Positions 1 to 9,409 of a stretch of DNA of 64,000 nucleotides are shown in pieces; position 1 is the first letter of the stretch, and every line of letters begins with the position of its first letter. The translations under genes were made by a program, and so were the position numbers. This DNA is from Chloroflexota bacterium. GTDB taxonomy: Bacteria; Chloroflexota; Limnocylindria; Limnocylindrales; CSP1-4. The stretch lies in assembly GCA_040389445.1 (NCBI GenBank), contig JAZJZX010000014.1:130744-194743 (forward strand), in the 5' to 3' direction. Under the pieces are notes generated by a model. That model ran no database searches, was not told the origin of the DNA, and saw only the letters and a program-made list of their open reading frames with translations.

Positions 1-882
1 GGCGCATCGTTCTTCCGGGAGTTGCAGGGCGCCGTCCGGGGAGCGTCGGATCGGGTGATCCTCGACGCGTTGTGGGATCTGGTCTGGTCCGGCGAAGTCA
101 CCAACGACACATTCGCGCCGTTGCGCGCCTTGCGCTGGAAGCGGCCGACGCGTTCCACGGCCCGGCCGCGAGCTGCACGGTTGACGGCCCTCGGGCCCCC
201 CGAGGCGGCCGGGCGATGGTCCCAGGTGAGGGTCACGGACGGCGCCGCAACTCCGACGATGCGCCTCCATGCCACGGCGCTGGCGCTGCTCGACCGGCAC
301 GGGGTGCTCGTTCGGGACGCGGTGATGGCCGAGGGTCTGACAGGCGGATTCGCCGGGGTCTACCCGGTGCTGCGTGCCCTGGAGGACGCGGGGCGGATCC
401 GGCGTGGGTACTTCGTGGAAGGGCTCGGCGCGGCCCAGTTCGCGCTGCCGGGCGCGATCGACCGGCTGCGCGCGGTCCGGGATGCCACGGGCGAGGGAGG
501 ACGCCCGATCGTTTTCGTGCTGGCGGCCGCAGACCCGGCCAATCCATACGGGGCCGCGCTGGCCTGGCCACGGCGCGGAGATGACGACCGACGTCCGCTG
601 GCTCGGTCTGCCGGCGCCTACGTGGTCGTCGTGGACGGGCTGGCGACGCTGTACCTGGAACGTGGGGGACGGACCCTCCAGACGCTGGCCCCGTTCGATG
701 CCGAAGCCGTCGCAGCCCTGGCCGTCCCGGCGCTTCGATCCCTCGTCGGCGACGGTCGAGAACGCGAACTCGTCATCACGAAGGTCGACGGACTACCGGT
801 GGCCGATTCGCCCCACCGGGCCGCGCTGCTGGCGGCCGGGTTCGTCGCCGGTTACCGGGGTCTCGTGCTGCGGGTTCGCTGA
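1..882 (+). CDS. C-terminal fragment of an ATP-dependent helicase (Lhr-like, DEAD/DEAH-associated C-terminal region). The 5' end lies upstream of the window.
   Basis: The reading frame is open from base 1 (no stop before the first in-frame start at 22) and stops at 882. The C-terminal sequence (…ILDALWDLVWSGEVTNDTFAPLRALRW…) resembles the C-terminal domain of Lhr-type helicases as I recall it; no search was done. Confidence 0.35.
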   Translation, partial: GASFFRELQGAVRGASDRVILDALWDLVWSGEVTNDTFAPLRALRWKRPTRSTARPRAARLTALGPPEAAGRWSQVRVTDGAATPTMRLHATALALLDRHGVLVRDAVMAEGLTGGFAGVYPVLRALEDAGRIRRGYFVEGLGAAQFALPGAIDRLRAVRDATGEGGRPIVFVLAAADPANPYGAALAWPRRGDDDRRPLARSAGAYVVVVDGLATLYLERGGRTLQTLAPFDAEAVAALAVPALRSLVGDGRERELVITKVDGLPVADSPHRAALLAAGFVAGYRGLVLRVR

Positions 883-920
883 CGGCACGGTTGCTCGCTG
901 TCCGTTTGTGGTGGCACCAC

Positions 921-2126
921 CTATCCCGACGGGATGCCGATCAGTTGCCCGGCCAGCGCCGCCAGCGCGACGACCATGACCAGCGGGATACGTCCCGAGA
1001 AGAGAAGCCCAAGAGCCGCCGCCGCGATGACGACGTCGATCGGAGCGCCGATGGCGCCCGTCCAGATCGGCGTGTAGAGCGCGGCGAGCAGGATGCCCAC
1101 GACCGCGGCATTCGTTCCCGTCAGGGAACGCCGGAAGCCGACGGAGACTCGCAGGACATCCCAGAAGGGCAGTACCCCGAAGATCAGGAGAAATGAGGGC
1201 AGGAAGATCCCGACGAGAGCGATCGTCGCACCTGCCCAACCGGCCGGCGACGCAGCCGACACCGCTCCGAGGTAGGCAGCGAAGGTGAAGAGCGGCCCAG
1301 GGACGGCCTGGGCGGCGCCATAGCCCGCCAGGAACTGGTCGTCGCTCACCCAGCCGGGGCCGACGACCGTCGAGTGGAGGAGCGGGAGCACGACATGGCC
1401 GCCGCCGAAGACGAGCGCACCGGTCCGGTAGAACGCGTCGAACAGGGCGAGGGCCTGCCCACCGGCGACCGCCCGCAGGACCGGCAGGCCGACGAGCAGG
1501 GCGAAGAACCCCCCGAGGGCCACGATCCCGACTCGACGTGACACGGGGCGGGACGCCGGGCTCGCCTCGCTGCCGGTGGGCCTGATCGCCGGTCGAGGCA
1601 GCACGAACCGGCCGACGAGCGCCCCGCCGGCGATGATCGCCACCTGCGCAAAGGGTGTGGTCCAGGCCAGCGCGCCCGCGGACGCGAGGATCGCGACGAC
1701 CCGCCGGGGCCAGTCGGGCGTGAGCGTGCGCGCCATCGCAACGACGGCCTGGGCGACCACCGCCACGGCCGCGATCTTGAGGCCGTGCACCCAGCCCGCG
1801 GTCGAGAGGTCGACGGAGGCCGTCAGCAGGCCGAACAGGACGAGCGCGATCGCCGACGGCAGCGTGAACCCGAGCCACGCGGCGAGGCCGCCTGCCATCC
1901 CCGCTCGGCGCGTGCCGATGGCGATCCCGAGCTGGCTGCTCGCCGGTCCGGGCAGGAACTGGCACAGCGCGACCAGGTCCGCGAATGCCGTATCGTCGAG
2001 CCACCGCCGGCGCTCGACATACTCGCGCCGGAAGTACCCGAGGTGGGCGACCGGTCCACCGAACGAGGTCAGCCCCAGGCGCAGGGAGGAGCGCAGCACC
2101 TCGAGTACGGAACCACGGTCCGTCAT
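921..2126 (-). CDS. chrA: Chromate transporter ChrA (CHR family, two homologous halves)
   Basis: A 677-aa ORF exists, but the CHR-family match begins at the internal ATG at 2126 (MTDRGSVLEVLRSSLRLGLTSFGGPVAHLGYFRREYVERRRWL…) and gives a typical ~400-aa protein. The two halves each carry the GGxxxxLP / FGGG CHR signature, and the protein is hydrophobic throughout. Confidence 0.8.
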   Translation of the reverse strand: MTDRGSVLEVLRSSLRLGLTSFGGPVAHLGYFRREYVERRRWLDDTAFADLVALCQFLPGPASSQLGIAIGTRRAGMAGGLAAWLGFTLPSAIALVLFGLLTASVDLSTAGWVHGLKIAAVAVVAQAVVAMARTLTPDWPRRVVAILASAGALAWTTPFAQVAIIAGGALVGRFVLPRPAIRPTGSEASPASRPVSRRVGIVALGGFFALLVGLPVLRAVAGGQALALFDAFYRTGALVFGGGHVVLPLLHSTVVGPGWVSDDQFLAGYGAAQAVPGPLFTFAAYLGAVSAASPAGWAGATIALVGIFLPSFLLIFGVLPFWDVLRVSVGFRRSLTGTNAAVVGILLAALYTPIWTGAIGAPIDVVIAAAALGLLFSGRIPLVMVVALAALAGQLIGIPSG

Positions 2127-2247
2127 CCGGCAGCGACCGATGCCCCGACGCGCCGGACCGGCGGCGACGTCCTCCTGGTCATCCCGTCGCCCATGGAGCA
2201 AGATGAGCGTGGCTTGCCAGCCATGCCGGAGGGGCCGGCCAAACTGA

Positions 2248-5200
2248 TCAGCCGCGGGGCCGGGGACGCGGAGCCGGGGCGACGAGCGCGTCAACCCGGT
2301 AGCCGGCCCGCTCCACGGCTCGACGAAGCCGGGTCGCGCGAGCGCGGGCCGTGCGAGGCGCAGTCCCGTCAACGATTTGCGCAAGCGCCACCCGCGCCAC
2401 CAGGGCGTCGAGCGCCTGCCCATCGAGCCACTCGACGCCATCCCACCCGTGGACATGCAGGGCGACGCGGATCGTCGGGTCGGCGACCCACGCGGCCAAC
2501 CGGGCCCGATCGCCATTGGGTGCCACGGCCGCCGCGACGAGAACCGCCCCGTCCCAACCGACGTCGCGCGCCGCGTCGGCATCGAGGTGGTGTCGGTCCG
2601 CGAGGGCACGATCAAGCGGCCCGCCCAGTCGCAGCTCCGTGAACACGGTCGGGCCGAAGGCCGACAGCACCGGATCGAGGATCGACCATGCCCCGAGGAC
2701 GGCCGTGCTGCGCGGATCGGGGGCCAGCCGCGCGATCCTGTCCCGGCGATGCAGCGCACGGTCGAGTTCCATGCTTCCCGTGCCGGAACGCGGTTCGGCG
2801 CCGGGCTCGTCGGCTCGGGACAGCGGGTGCGCAGCGCCGACCGCCGCCAGCAACCCGGGCAAGCGGCCTGGATCGGCCACGGCCGCGCGCAACGCGTCGT
2901 GGACGGGCGCGAGTGCCAGGTCACGAAGGGCATCGTCCAGGCTCGGCACGCCACGATCGCCGATCTGGGTTGCCAGGTGACTCCACGGCTGCGCGGGCGT
3001 GTCGCGGAGCTCCCGGAACCCGGTCAGCACGTGGCAGCGATAGGCGTCGAGGGTGAGGCGCAGGCCGCCCTCGCGGAGCCGGGCCGCCGGGAGCAGATAC
3101 TCGAGATCCGCCCGTTCGTCACGGAAGCCGATCAGCAAATCCGGATCCGGCGAGATCCCCAGCCCGTCGGCCAGCGACCGCCGAATCAGGGTCTTCGATC
3201 CCTCGGGCCCCTTCACCGCGAACGGAACCGACTCGCGGATCGTTCCGGTCGTGTCGCCGAATCGGTTGTGGAACACGATCAGGGAGCGGGCCTCGCCGGT
3301 GCCGTTCGAATAGGCGTAGACGTTCTCATCGACCGAACCGTCGTCCCGGACCAGGTCGTAGAGCAGGAAGTCACGAGCGTCCGCAAACATGGCCCGGCGG
3401 TGCACGAGCGGGAACAGGCGCTCCTCGTGGCGGGCAACGAGGCCATCGTCCGGCCGCTCGTCGAGCCGCGGCCGGCGGAACTCCATCCCGTACTTCTCCG
3501 TAAAGCCTTCCACCTGGCCGTGACCGAGCATCGGCAGGCCGGGAAGCGTGACCAGGAGGGTTGCGACGCCGAGATACTTGTCCCCGGAGCCGAACTGCTC
3601 GATCGCCGTCTCCTCGTCCGGGTTGCTCATGAAGTTGACGTAGCGCTTGAGGATGTCGGGGTCGAACTCGAGGGTGTCGCGGATGACCTTGCGGTAGCCG
3701 GCGTTGTCCTCGTCCCGGAGCATGTGCATGAAGGCGCTGTTGTAGACGCGATGCATCCCGAGGGTCCGCACGAAGTAGCCCTCCAGGAGCCAGAACGCCT
3801 CGGCCAGGAGCAGCGTGTCGGGCACCTCGGCCGCGACCCGGTCGACCACCTCGCGCCAGAACTCCGTCGGCATCAACTTGTCGAATGCCGCCTTGCGCAT
3901 CGCGTGTTCGGCTCGCGAGGGGATGCCGTCGCCGGCGCCGGGCAGCGGCCACCACAGGCGCTGGACGTGCTTCCGTGCGAGGACCATGGCGGCATCGAAC
4001 CGGATGACCGGGAACCGACGGGCGACGGCCAGGATCGTCTGGATGACCTGCTCCCGGACCTCGGCCTGGATGAAGTCGAGCTGGGCGGTGTCGTTCCAGG
4101 GGAAGCTGGTCCCGTCGTTGCCGTGGTAGATGTAGCGGCTCGCCCCGGTCGCGTGGTCGCGGTGCTTGAAGACCACGGCGGCGTCCGTTGCGTCCCAGTA
4201 GTGGTCTTCGAGGACGATCGAGACGCGCCCATCGGGGGACAGGTCCGGTCCGTTGAACGTGTAGGCCGGATAGGGCGGCTCGGGCACGGACAGGAACCAC
4301 TCCGGGTGCTCGATCACCCACCGCGAGTCGATGCCCATGTGATTGGGGACCATGTCGCTGGCGAGACGGATGCCGCGCGCCCACGCGCGGTCGCGCAGGT
4401 TCTCGAAGGCAGCCTCGCCCCCGATGTCGTCGGCGATCCGATAGTCGTCGAGGGAGTAGGCAGACGCGACCGCATCGGGATTGCCACGCATCCGCTTGAT
4501 CGTTTCCGACGCCTGGGAGCGTTGCCACAGGCCGATGAGCCAGAGGCCGGTGACGCCCCACCCTCGAAATTCGTCGAGCGCCTCGTCCGGGATGGCGTCG
4601 AGCGTGCGGATGTCGCGGCCGTACCGCCTGGAGAGCTGGTCCAGCCAGACGTAGGTGGCCTTCGCCATGAGGACGAGACGCGGCATCCAGTCCGAATCGG
4701 TGCTGAACCGCTCGACCTCGGCATCGAGTCCGACGAACTCCGGCCCGTCACGCCGCTTGCCGCCCGCGCCGCCGCCGCCAAAGCGGAGGTGGAGTCCGCG
4801 TTCCTCCTCGGCCAGGACGCCGAGGGCGACATCGAGTCGATCCAGCAACCCTCCGAGGTTGTCGCCGAGGAGGGCGGGCCAGTTCTCCCGGATGTAGCGC
4901 AGCTGGCCGGCGAGCGAGGTCGGGGCGTGGCGCGCCGGCGCCCGCAACAGGTCGAGGAGATTATCCGCCGCTCGCCCGCCGTCGCCCGCTCCGCCGACGG
5001 GTCCGGCCGCAATGAGCAGCGCCTCCAGCTCTCCGACAGCGCGGCTGTACTTGGCCGACCGGGCGAGTGGGGCGTCATCGACGAGTTCCCGCAGCGGCCC
5101 GAGTGCCGGGTTCTCGTTCGCCAGGCGGGTCAGGATCAGTTCACCGACGATGCTGGCTGCATCCTCAGGCTCGGCCAGGCGGGCCGGAAAGTTCTTCGCG

Positions 5201-5535
5201 AACCGGTCGAGAACTCGATCGCCGTCGCGACCGAGACTGGCGCGGAGGCCTTCGACGGCGCGTTGGCGCGCCCGCGGAACGTCCGTCTCCTCGAACCGCT
5301 CCACCAGCAGGTGCGCAATCTCGTGCAGGAGGCTGAGCGCGGCCACGTCTCCGGCCTGCACGGAGGCGGCTCCGGGCGCCCGCACCGCGTTCATCTGGGC
5401 TGCGACGGCGCGCGCCGTTGGGCCGTCGGCCAGTCCCACGTCACCACGACGGCCGATGGGTGCGGCCTCCAGTCGATAGCGGGCCTGGGCCGCCCGCGCG
5501 ACGCGCAGGGCGGCGGGGTCCGGACGGGTACTCAT
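2248..5535 (-). CDS. Large GH13 (alpha-amylase family) glycoside hydrolase/transferase of 1095 aa, last gene of the glgX-glgE-pep2 operon
   Basis: All four GH13 conserved regions are present in order: DMVPNH, RFDAA, AEAFW and NFMSNPDE. Long N- and C-terminal extensions are of unknown function. Its start overlaps the pep2 stop by 4 bp (5532-5535). Confidence 0.7.
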   Translation of the reverse strand: MSTRPDPAALRVARAAQARYRLEAAPIGRRGDVGLADGPTARAVAAQMNAVRAPGAASVQAGDVAALSLLHEIAHLLVERFEETDVPRARQRAVEGLRASLGRDGDRVLDRFAKNFPARLAEPEDAASIVGELILTRLANENPALGPLRELVDDAPLARSAKYSRAVGELEALLIAAGPVGGAGDGGRAADNLLDLLRAPARHAPTSLAGQLRYIRENWPALLGDNLGGLLDRLDVALGVLAEEERGLHLRFGGGGAGGKRRDGPEFVGLDAEVERFSTDSDWMPRLVLMAKATYVWLDQLSRRYGRDIRTLDAIPDEALDEFRGWGVTGLWLIGLWQRSQASETIKRMRGNPDAVASAYSLDDYRIADDIGGEAAFENLRDRAWARGIRLASDMVPNHMGIDSRWVIEHPEWFLSVPEPPYPAYTFNGPDLSPDGRVSIVLEDHYWDATDAAVVFKHRDHATGASRYIYHGNDGTSFPWNDTAQLDFIQAEVREQVIQTILAVARRFPVIRFDAAMVLARKHVQRLWWPLPGAGDGIPSRAEHAMRKAAFDKLMPTEFWREVVDRVAAEVPDTLLLAEAFWLLEGYFVRTLGMHRVYNSAFMHMLRDEDNAGYRKVIRDTLEFDPDILKRYVNFMSNPDEETAIEQFGSGDKYLGVATLLVTLPGLPMLGHGQVEGFTEKYGMEFRRPRLDERPDDGLVARHEERLFPLVHRRAMFADARDFLLYDLVRDDGSVDENVYAYSNGTGEARSLIVFHNRFGDTTGTIRESVPFAVKGPEGSKTLIRRSLADGLGISPDPDLLIGFRDERADLEYLLPAARLREGGLRLTLDAYRCHVLTGFRELRDTPAQPWSHLATQIGDRGVPSLDDALRDLALAPVHDALRAAVADPGRLPGLLAAVGAAHPLSRADEPGAEPRSGTGSMELDRALHRRDRIARLAPDPRSTAVLGAWSILDPVLSAFGPTVFTELRLGGPLDRALADRHHLDADAARDVGWDGAVLVAAAVAPNGDRARLAAWVADPTIRVALHVHGWDGVEWLDGQALDALVARVALAQIVDGTAPRTARARATRLRRAVERAGYRVDALVAPAPRPRPRG

Positions 5536-7250
5536 CCCTCGAGCAACTGGAGGATGCCGCGGATGGGGATCAAGGCCCAGCTCGGGCGGTTGTTCAGCTC
5601 GTACACCAGCTCGTAGCAGGCCTTTTCCAGCATGAACGCCCGCAACAGGGTTGCCCGGTCGGCATCATCGGTCGGCAGGAAGGCGGCCCCCTGCGTTGCC
5701 GCCCGATAGCCGGCCAGGAAGCTCGCGCCGACCCACTGGTTCCAGGTCATGACCCAGCCGGCCAGATCCTCGACGTCCTCTGGCCGGATCGTGACGCCCA
5801 TCTCCGGTCGGAGCAGCGAGCCATAGCTCGCGTAGTGGAACGATCGGAGCATGCCGGCCACGTCGCGGAGGGCCGAGCGCTTCAGGCGGCGCTCGGCCAG
5901 GGGCCGCGTCGGCTCGCCCTCGAAGTCGATGATCGCGAGATCGTGACCCGTGTACAGGATCTGCTCGGCGTGGAGATCGCCGTGGGTCCGAATCCGCAGG
6001 CCGCCGAACGCGTGGCTGAGCAGCATCTGGAGGTGGCGGTCGATCCGGGTTCGGTCGGCCAGGATCTGGTCGGCCTCCCGGGCGGCACCCTCCGGCAGGT
6101 CGTCGATGCGGCGGGCAAGCAGGTCCATGGCGCGTCGGGTGGATCCACCGATGGACTGGTACAGCGACCGTTGATACGGCACGCTGAACGCCTCCGGCGC
6201 GAACGACGGGTCATCGGTGACGCCGGCGAGCGTCTGATGCATCTCGCCAGTTCGGATACCGGCAAGATGCGCCGTCTCCAGATAGGGGCCGATCGCCTTG
6301 CGGACGTCGACCGGCGGACGCATGCCGGCCGCCGTCAGGAGGCCCGCGGGATCGAGATCCCCGGCGTGAACCCGTCGGGCCCCCGCCGTCGACCGTTCGA
6401 AGAAGCCCCCCAGTTCCTCGAGGGTGTGCCTGAACAGGTTGCCCTCGTTGGGCACGAAGCCGCTGACCAGGACGGCCGTCATGGCCTGCCCCTCGTCGGG
6501 TCGATACTCCATGGATCCGGCAATGGCCGGGGTCTGCGCGAAGCCGCGTTTCGTCAGCATGCGACCGACCTCGAGGTCCGGATTGATCCCGGGCTGGGTC
6601 ACTCGATAGAGCTTCAGGATCGCGCGGTCGCCGAAGATCGTGGAGCTGTTGCTCTGCTCGCCCCGGATGGGCGTCGGGACGAGGAACCCCAGGTCGCTGC
6701 CGACGACCGCCTGGAACGTCTTCTCGGGACGACCGGCGAGCTCGCCGTGCCGGCCGCGGAACCGGCGTCCTGCCCCGATCGCATCGAGCACCGCCGTCAT
6801 GAACGCGGGGTCGAGCGCCGCATCGACGAGGAGGCGCTCCCGCTTTGGGCCCGTCGCGGAAGCGATCCGGCCGATCGCCGCCTGCGGGCTGGCTTCGAGG
6901 ATGGCTGTCGCGTCGTTCATGCCCAGGATCGCGAGCGGGATCAGATAGAGCTCGGGATCGCCAACCGTGTACGTCATCTCGGCGAGGAGCACGGCGGCCG
7001 ACCTTGCCTCCATCGGGACAGGCACGACATCGCGCACGGTGAGCCCCGCACTGTGGCGGGTCCGGCTTCGGAACCAGCGCCGGTCGCGGATCCAGCGCAT
7101 GAGCACCGGAACCGTCGCGGCGGCCGCCGCGCCCTGGGTCAGGGCCGAGACCGTGTCCGCCGCCGGCAGGATCGGCAGTTGATCGAGTCCGGGGACCGGG
7201 GCCCCACCGGCGGCCGGCGGTTCCGGCGAGCGCCAGGGGATGGCCGCCAT
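5532..7250 (-). CDS. pep2: Maltokinase (maltose 1-phosphate-forming; Pep2/Mak)
   Basis: 572 aa with an aminoglycoside-phosphotransferase-like core (…HGDLHAEQILY…IIDFEGEP…). It sits between glgE and a GH13 gene, as in the GlgE pathway. The stop/start at 7250 is shared with glgE. Confidence 0.8.
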   Translation of the reverse strand: MAAIPWRSPEPPAAGGAPVPGLDQLPILPAADTVSALTQGAAAAATVPVLMRWIRDRRWFRSRTRHSAGLTVRDVVPVPMEARSAAVLLAEMTYTVGDPELYLIPLAILGMNDATAILEASPQAAIGRIASATGPKRERLLVDAALDPAFMTAVLDAIGAGRRFRGRHGELAGRPEKTFQAVVGSDLGFLVPTPIRGEQSNSSTIFGDRAILKLYRVTQPGINPDLEVGRMLTKRGFAQTPAIAGSMEYRPDEGQAMTAVLVSGFVPNEGNLFRHTLEELGGFFERSTAGARRVHAGDLDPAGLLTAAGMRPPVDVRKAIGPYLETAHLAGIRTGEMHQTLAGVTDDPSFAPEAFSVPYQRSLYQSIGGSTRRAMDLLARRIDDLPEGAAREADQILADRTRIDRHLQMLLSHAFGGLRIRTHGDLHAEQILYTGHDLAIIDFEGEPTRPLAERRLKRSALRDVAGMLRSFHYASYGSLLRPEMGVTIRPEDVEDLAGWVMTWNQWVGASFLAGYRAATQGAAFLPTDDADRATLLRAFMLEKACYELVYELNNRPSWALIPIRGILQLLEG

Positions 7251-9265
7251 CAGGCCTGTCCGGGGATGTGCAGGATCCGCGCCGGGCCCACGGCGGGATC
7301 GATCTCGATCGGGATCACATCGCCGGTCCAGTGTTCGACCTGGCCGGTGAGGAGGTCGACGACTTCATACGGCTGCCGACCATCGAGCCACAGATCCGCG
7401 AGATCCAGGTGCAGCATCCCCGTTCGAGCCTCGCTCGGGGCGAGGCTGACAATCGTGAGGATGCGGTCGGACCGATCCTCGGTGCACTTGGCGTAGGCGA
7501 TCAGCTGTTCGTCGTCGATCTCCTGGATCGTGAGGCCGGCGTTGGACTGGAGTGCCGGGTGCTCGCGCCGGATCTCGTTCACCCGGCGGATGAGCGGCGC
7601 AATGGTGTCCGTCCTCCCCAGGTCCCAGGTGCGCTGCTGGTACTTCTCCGAGTGGCGGTACTCCTCGCTGCCCGGTTCGCGGGGCGTGCTCTCACCGAGC
7701 TCGTAGGCCGGGCCGTAGATGCCGATGCTGGAGGATGAGGTGGCGGCGAGGACGTAGCGAGCCATGAACATCGACCGGCCTCCCTCTTGCAGGGTGGCGT
7801 GCAGGATATCCGGCGTGTTCGGCCAGAAATTCGGCCCGAAGAAATCGGACACGGGAGGACGCGACACTTCGCCGAAATACGTTGCCAGCTCGTGCTTGGT
7901 CGTCCGCCACGTGAAGTAGGTGTACGACTGGGTGAAGCCGAGCTTGGCGAGGCGGTACATGACCCGGGGTCGGGTGAACGCCTCGGCCAGGAAGAGCACG
8001 TCGGGGTGGTCGGCCCTGATCCGCGCGATGGCCCACTCCCAGAAGGGGAAGGCCTTGGTATGAGGATTGTCGACCCGGAAGACATGAACACCCTGCGCGA
8101 TCCAGTGGCGGAAGATGCCCTCGAGCCAGGACCACAGGCCGGACCAGTCCTCGGACTCGAAATCGAAGGGGTAGATGTCCTGGTACTTCTTCGGCGGATT
8201 CTCGGCGTACTGCACGGTGCCGTCGGGGCGATGCCGGAACCAATTCGGATGCTCCCTGACGGCGGGATGATCCGGTGAGGCCTGGAAGGCGATGTCGAGG
8301 GCGATCGCGATGCCCTGCCCCCGGGCGGCCTCAACGAGCGCCCGGAAGTCCTGGAGTGTGCCGAGTTCGGGATGGATGGCGTCGTGGCCGCCCTCCGGTG
8401 AGCCGATCGCCCACGGCACGCCGGGATCGTGGGGGCCGGATTCGGTCGCATTGTTCGGACCCTTGCGCAAGGTCGTCCCGATCGGGTGGATGGGCGGGAG
8501 GTAGAGGATGTCGAAGCCGAGGTCGGCGACATAGGGCAGGCGATCGATCACATCCCTGAAGGTGCCGTGCCGCCCGGGATCCGGCGAGGCCGAGCGCGGG
8601 AACAGTTCGTACCAGGTCGAGAAGCGGGCGAGTTTCGGCTCGACGATCAGCTCCAGCACGGGCTCATGGACGGTCTCGTGGGCGCGATCGGGATGGATCC
8701 CCATCAGGCGATCGAGCGCGTCGTCCAGCGCGCGGCCGGCCCGGTGGTCGACGGCGTGCTCAGCCCGCAGTTCGGTGGCCCAGGCCTCGAGTACGCTGGC
8801 GTCAGCCTGGCTGCCGGAGGCCCTTGCCCTGGCGGCGGCACCGTCCACGAGTGCGGCCCCGATCAGGAGATCGACGCCCACATCCTGGCGCGCCTGGATC
8901 CGCGACTGGAGATCCCGCCGCCACGTCGCCCAGGCGTCGGTCCATGCGGCCACGGTGTAGGCGTGCCGGCCCAGGGCGTCGGCACGGAACGCAGCTCTCC
9001 AGCGATCGTTGTCGAGGGCGTCCATCGGGAGCTCGGTCCACCGGGTCTCTCCGGGCGGGCGGTGGCGAAGACGGACGGCCACCACGTCGTGGCCGTCGGC
9101 GAACGCGTCGGCCTCGACGACCACCGTGTCGCCGAGGATCCGCCTGACCGGGAACCGACCGCCGTCCACCTGGGGTGCGATCGCCTCGATGACGGCGCGC
9201 CGGCGACCGTCGGGCGGCAGATTCGCCGGCCCGGCAGGCAACGACTCCGGCGTTGGACCAACCAT
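7250..9265 (-). CDS. glgE: Alpha-1,4-glucan:maltose-1-phosphate maltosyltransferase GlgE
   Basis: 671 aa with characteristic GlgE motifs (VHVFRVDNPHTKAFPFWEWAIARIRADHPDVLFLAEAFTRP) and GH13_3 architecture. Confidence 0.9.
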   Translation of the reverse strand: MVGPTPESLPAGPANLPPDGRRRAVIEAIAPQVDGGRFPVRRILGDTVVVEADAFADGHDVVAVRLRHRPPGETRWTELPMDALDNDRWRAAFRADALGRHAYTVAAWTDAWATWRRDLQSRIQARQDVGVDLLIGAALVDGAAARARASGSQADASVLEAWATELRAEHAVDHRAGRALDDALDRLMGIHPDRAHETVHEPVLELIVEPKLARFSTWYELFPRSASPDPGRHGTFRDVIDRLPYVADLGFDILYLPPIHPIGTTLRKGPNNATESGPHDPGVPWAIGSPEGGHDAIHPELGTLQDFRALVEAARGQGIAIALDIAFQASPDHPAVREHPNWFRHRPDGTVQYAENPPKKYQDIYPFDFESEDWSGLWSWLEGIFRHWIAQGVHVFRVDNPHTKAFPFWEWAIARIRADHPDVLFLAEAFTRPRVMYRLAKLGFTQSYTYFTWRTTKHELATYFGEVSRPPVSDFFGPNFWPNTPDILHATLQEGGRSMFMARYVLAATSSSSIGIYGPAYELGESTPREPGSEEYRHSEKYQQRTWDLGRTDTIAPLIRRVNEIRREHPALQSNAGLTIQEIDDEQLIAYAKCTEDRSDRILTIVSLAPSEARTGMLHLDLADLWLDGRQPYEVVDLLTGQVEHWTGDVIPIEIDPAVGPARILHIPGQA

Positions 9266-9409
9266 GGCCGAGGCGGCGACGACGGGAGCGTTGGTGCGTG
9301 CCTGATCGAGGATGAGGATCTCCCTGGATCAACCTTGGGGCCCGGGACCGAGGTGGTGGAGGACGGGCCCGCCGCGCGTCCTGACCCTAGGCCACGATCG
9401 CGGAGAGTG

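Noticed and set aside
2377-5616. 1079-aa ORF on the plus strand, mirrored inside the GH13 gene
   Set aside because: It lies entirely antisense to a gene with clear GH13 motifs. It is Arg/Gly/Pro-rich with no recognisable domains. This is the typical long spurious ORF of a ~70% GC genome.
5418-7496. 692-aa plus-strand ORF overlapping the maltokinase gene
   Set aside because: Antisense to pep2, low-complexity Arg/Gly-rich translation, and no start-site signals.
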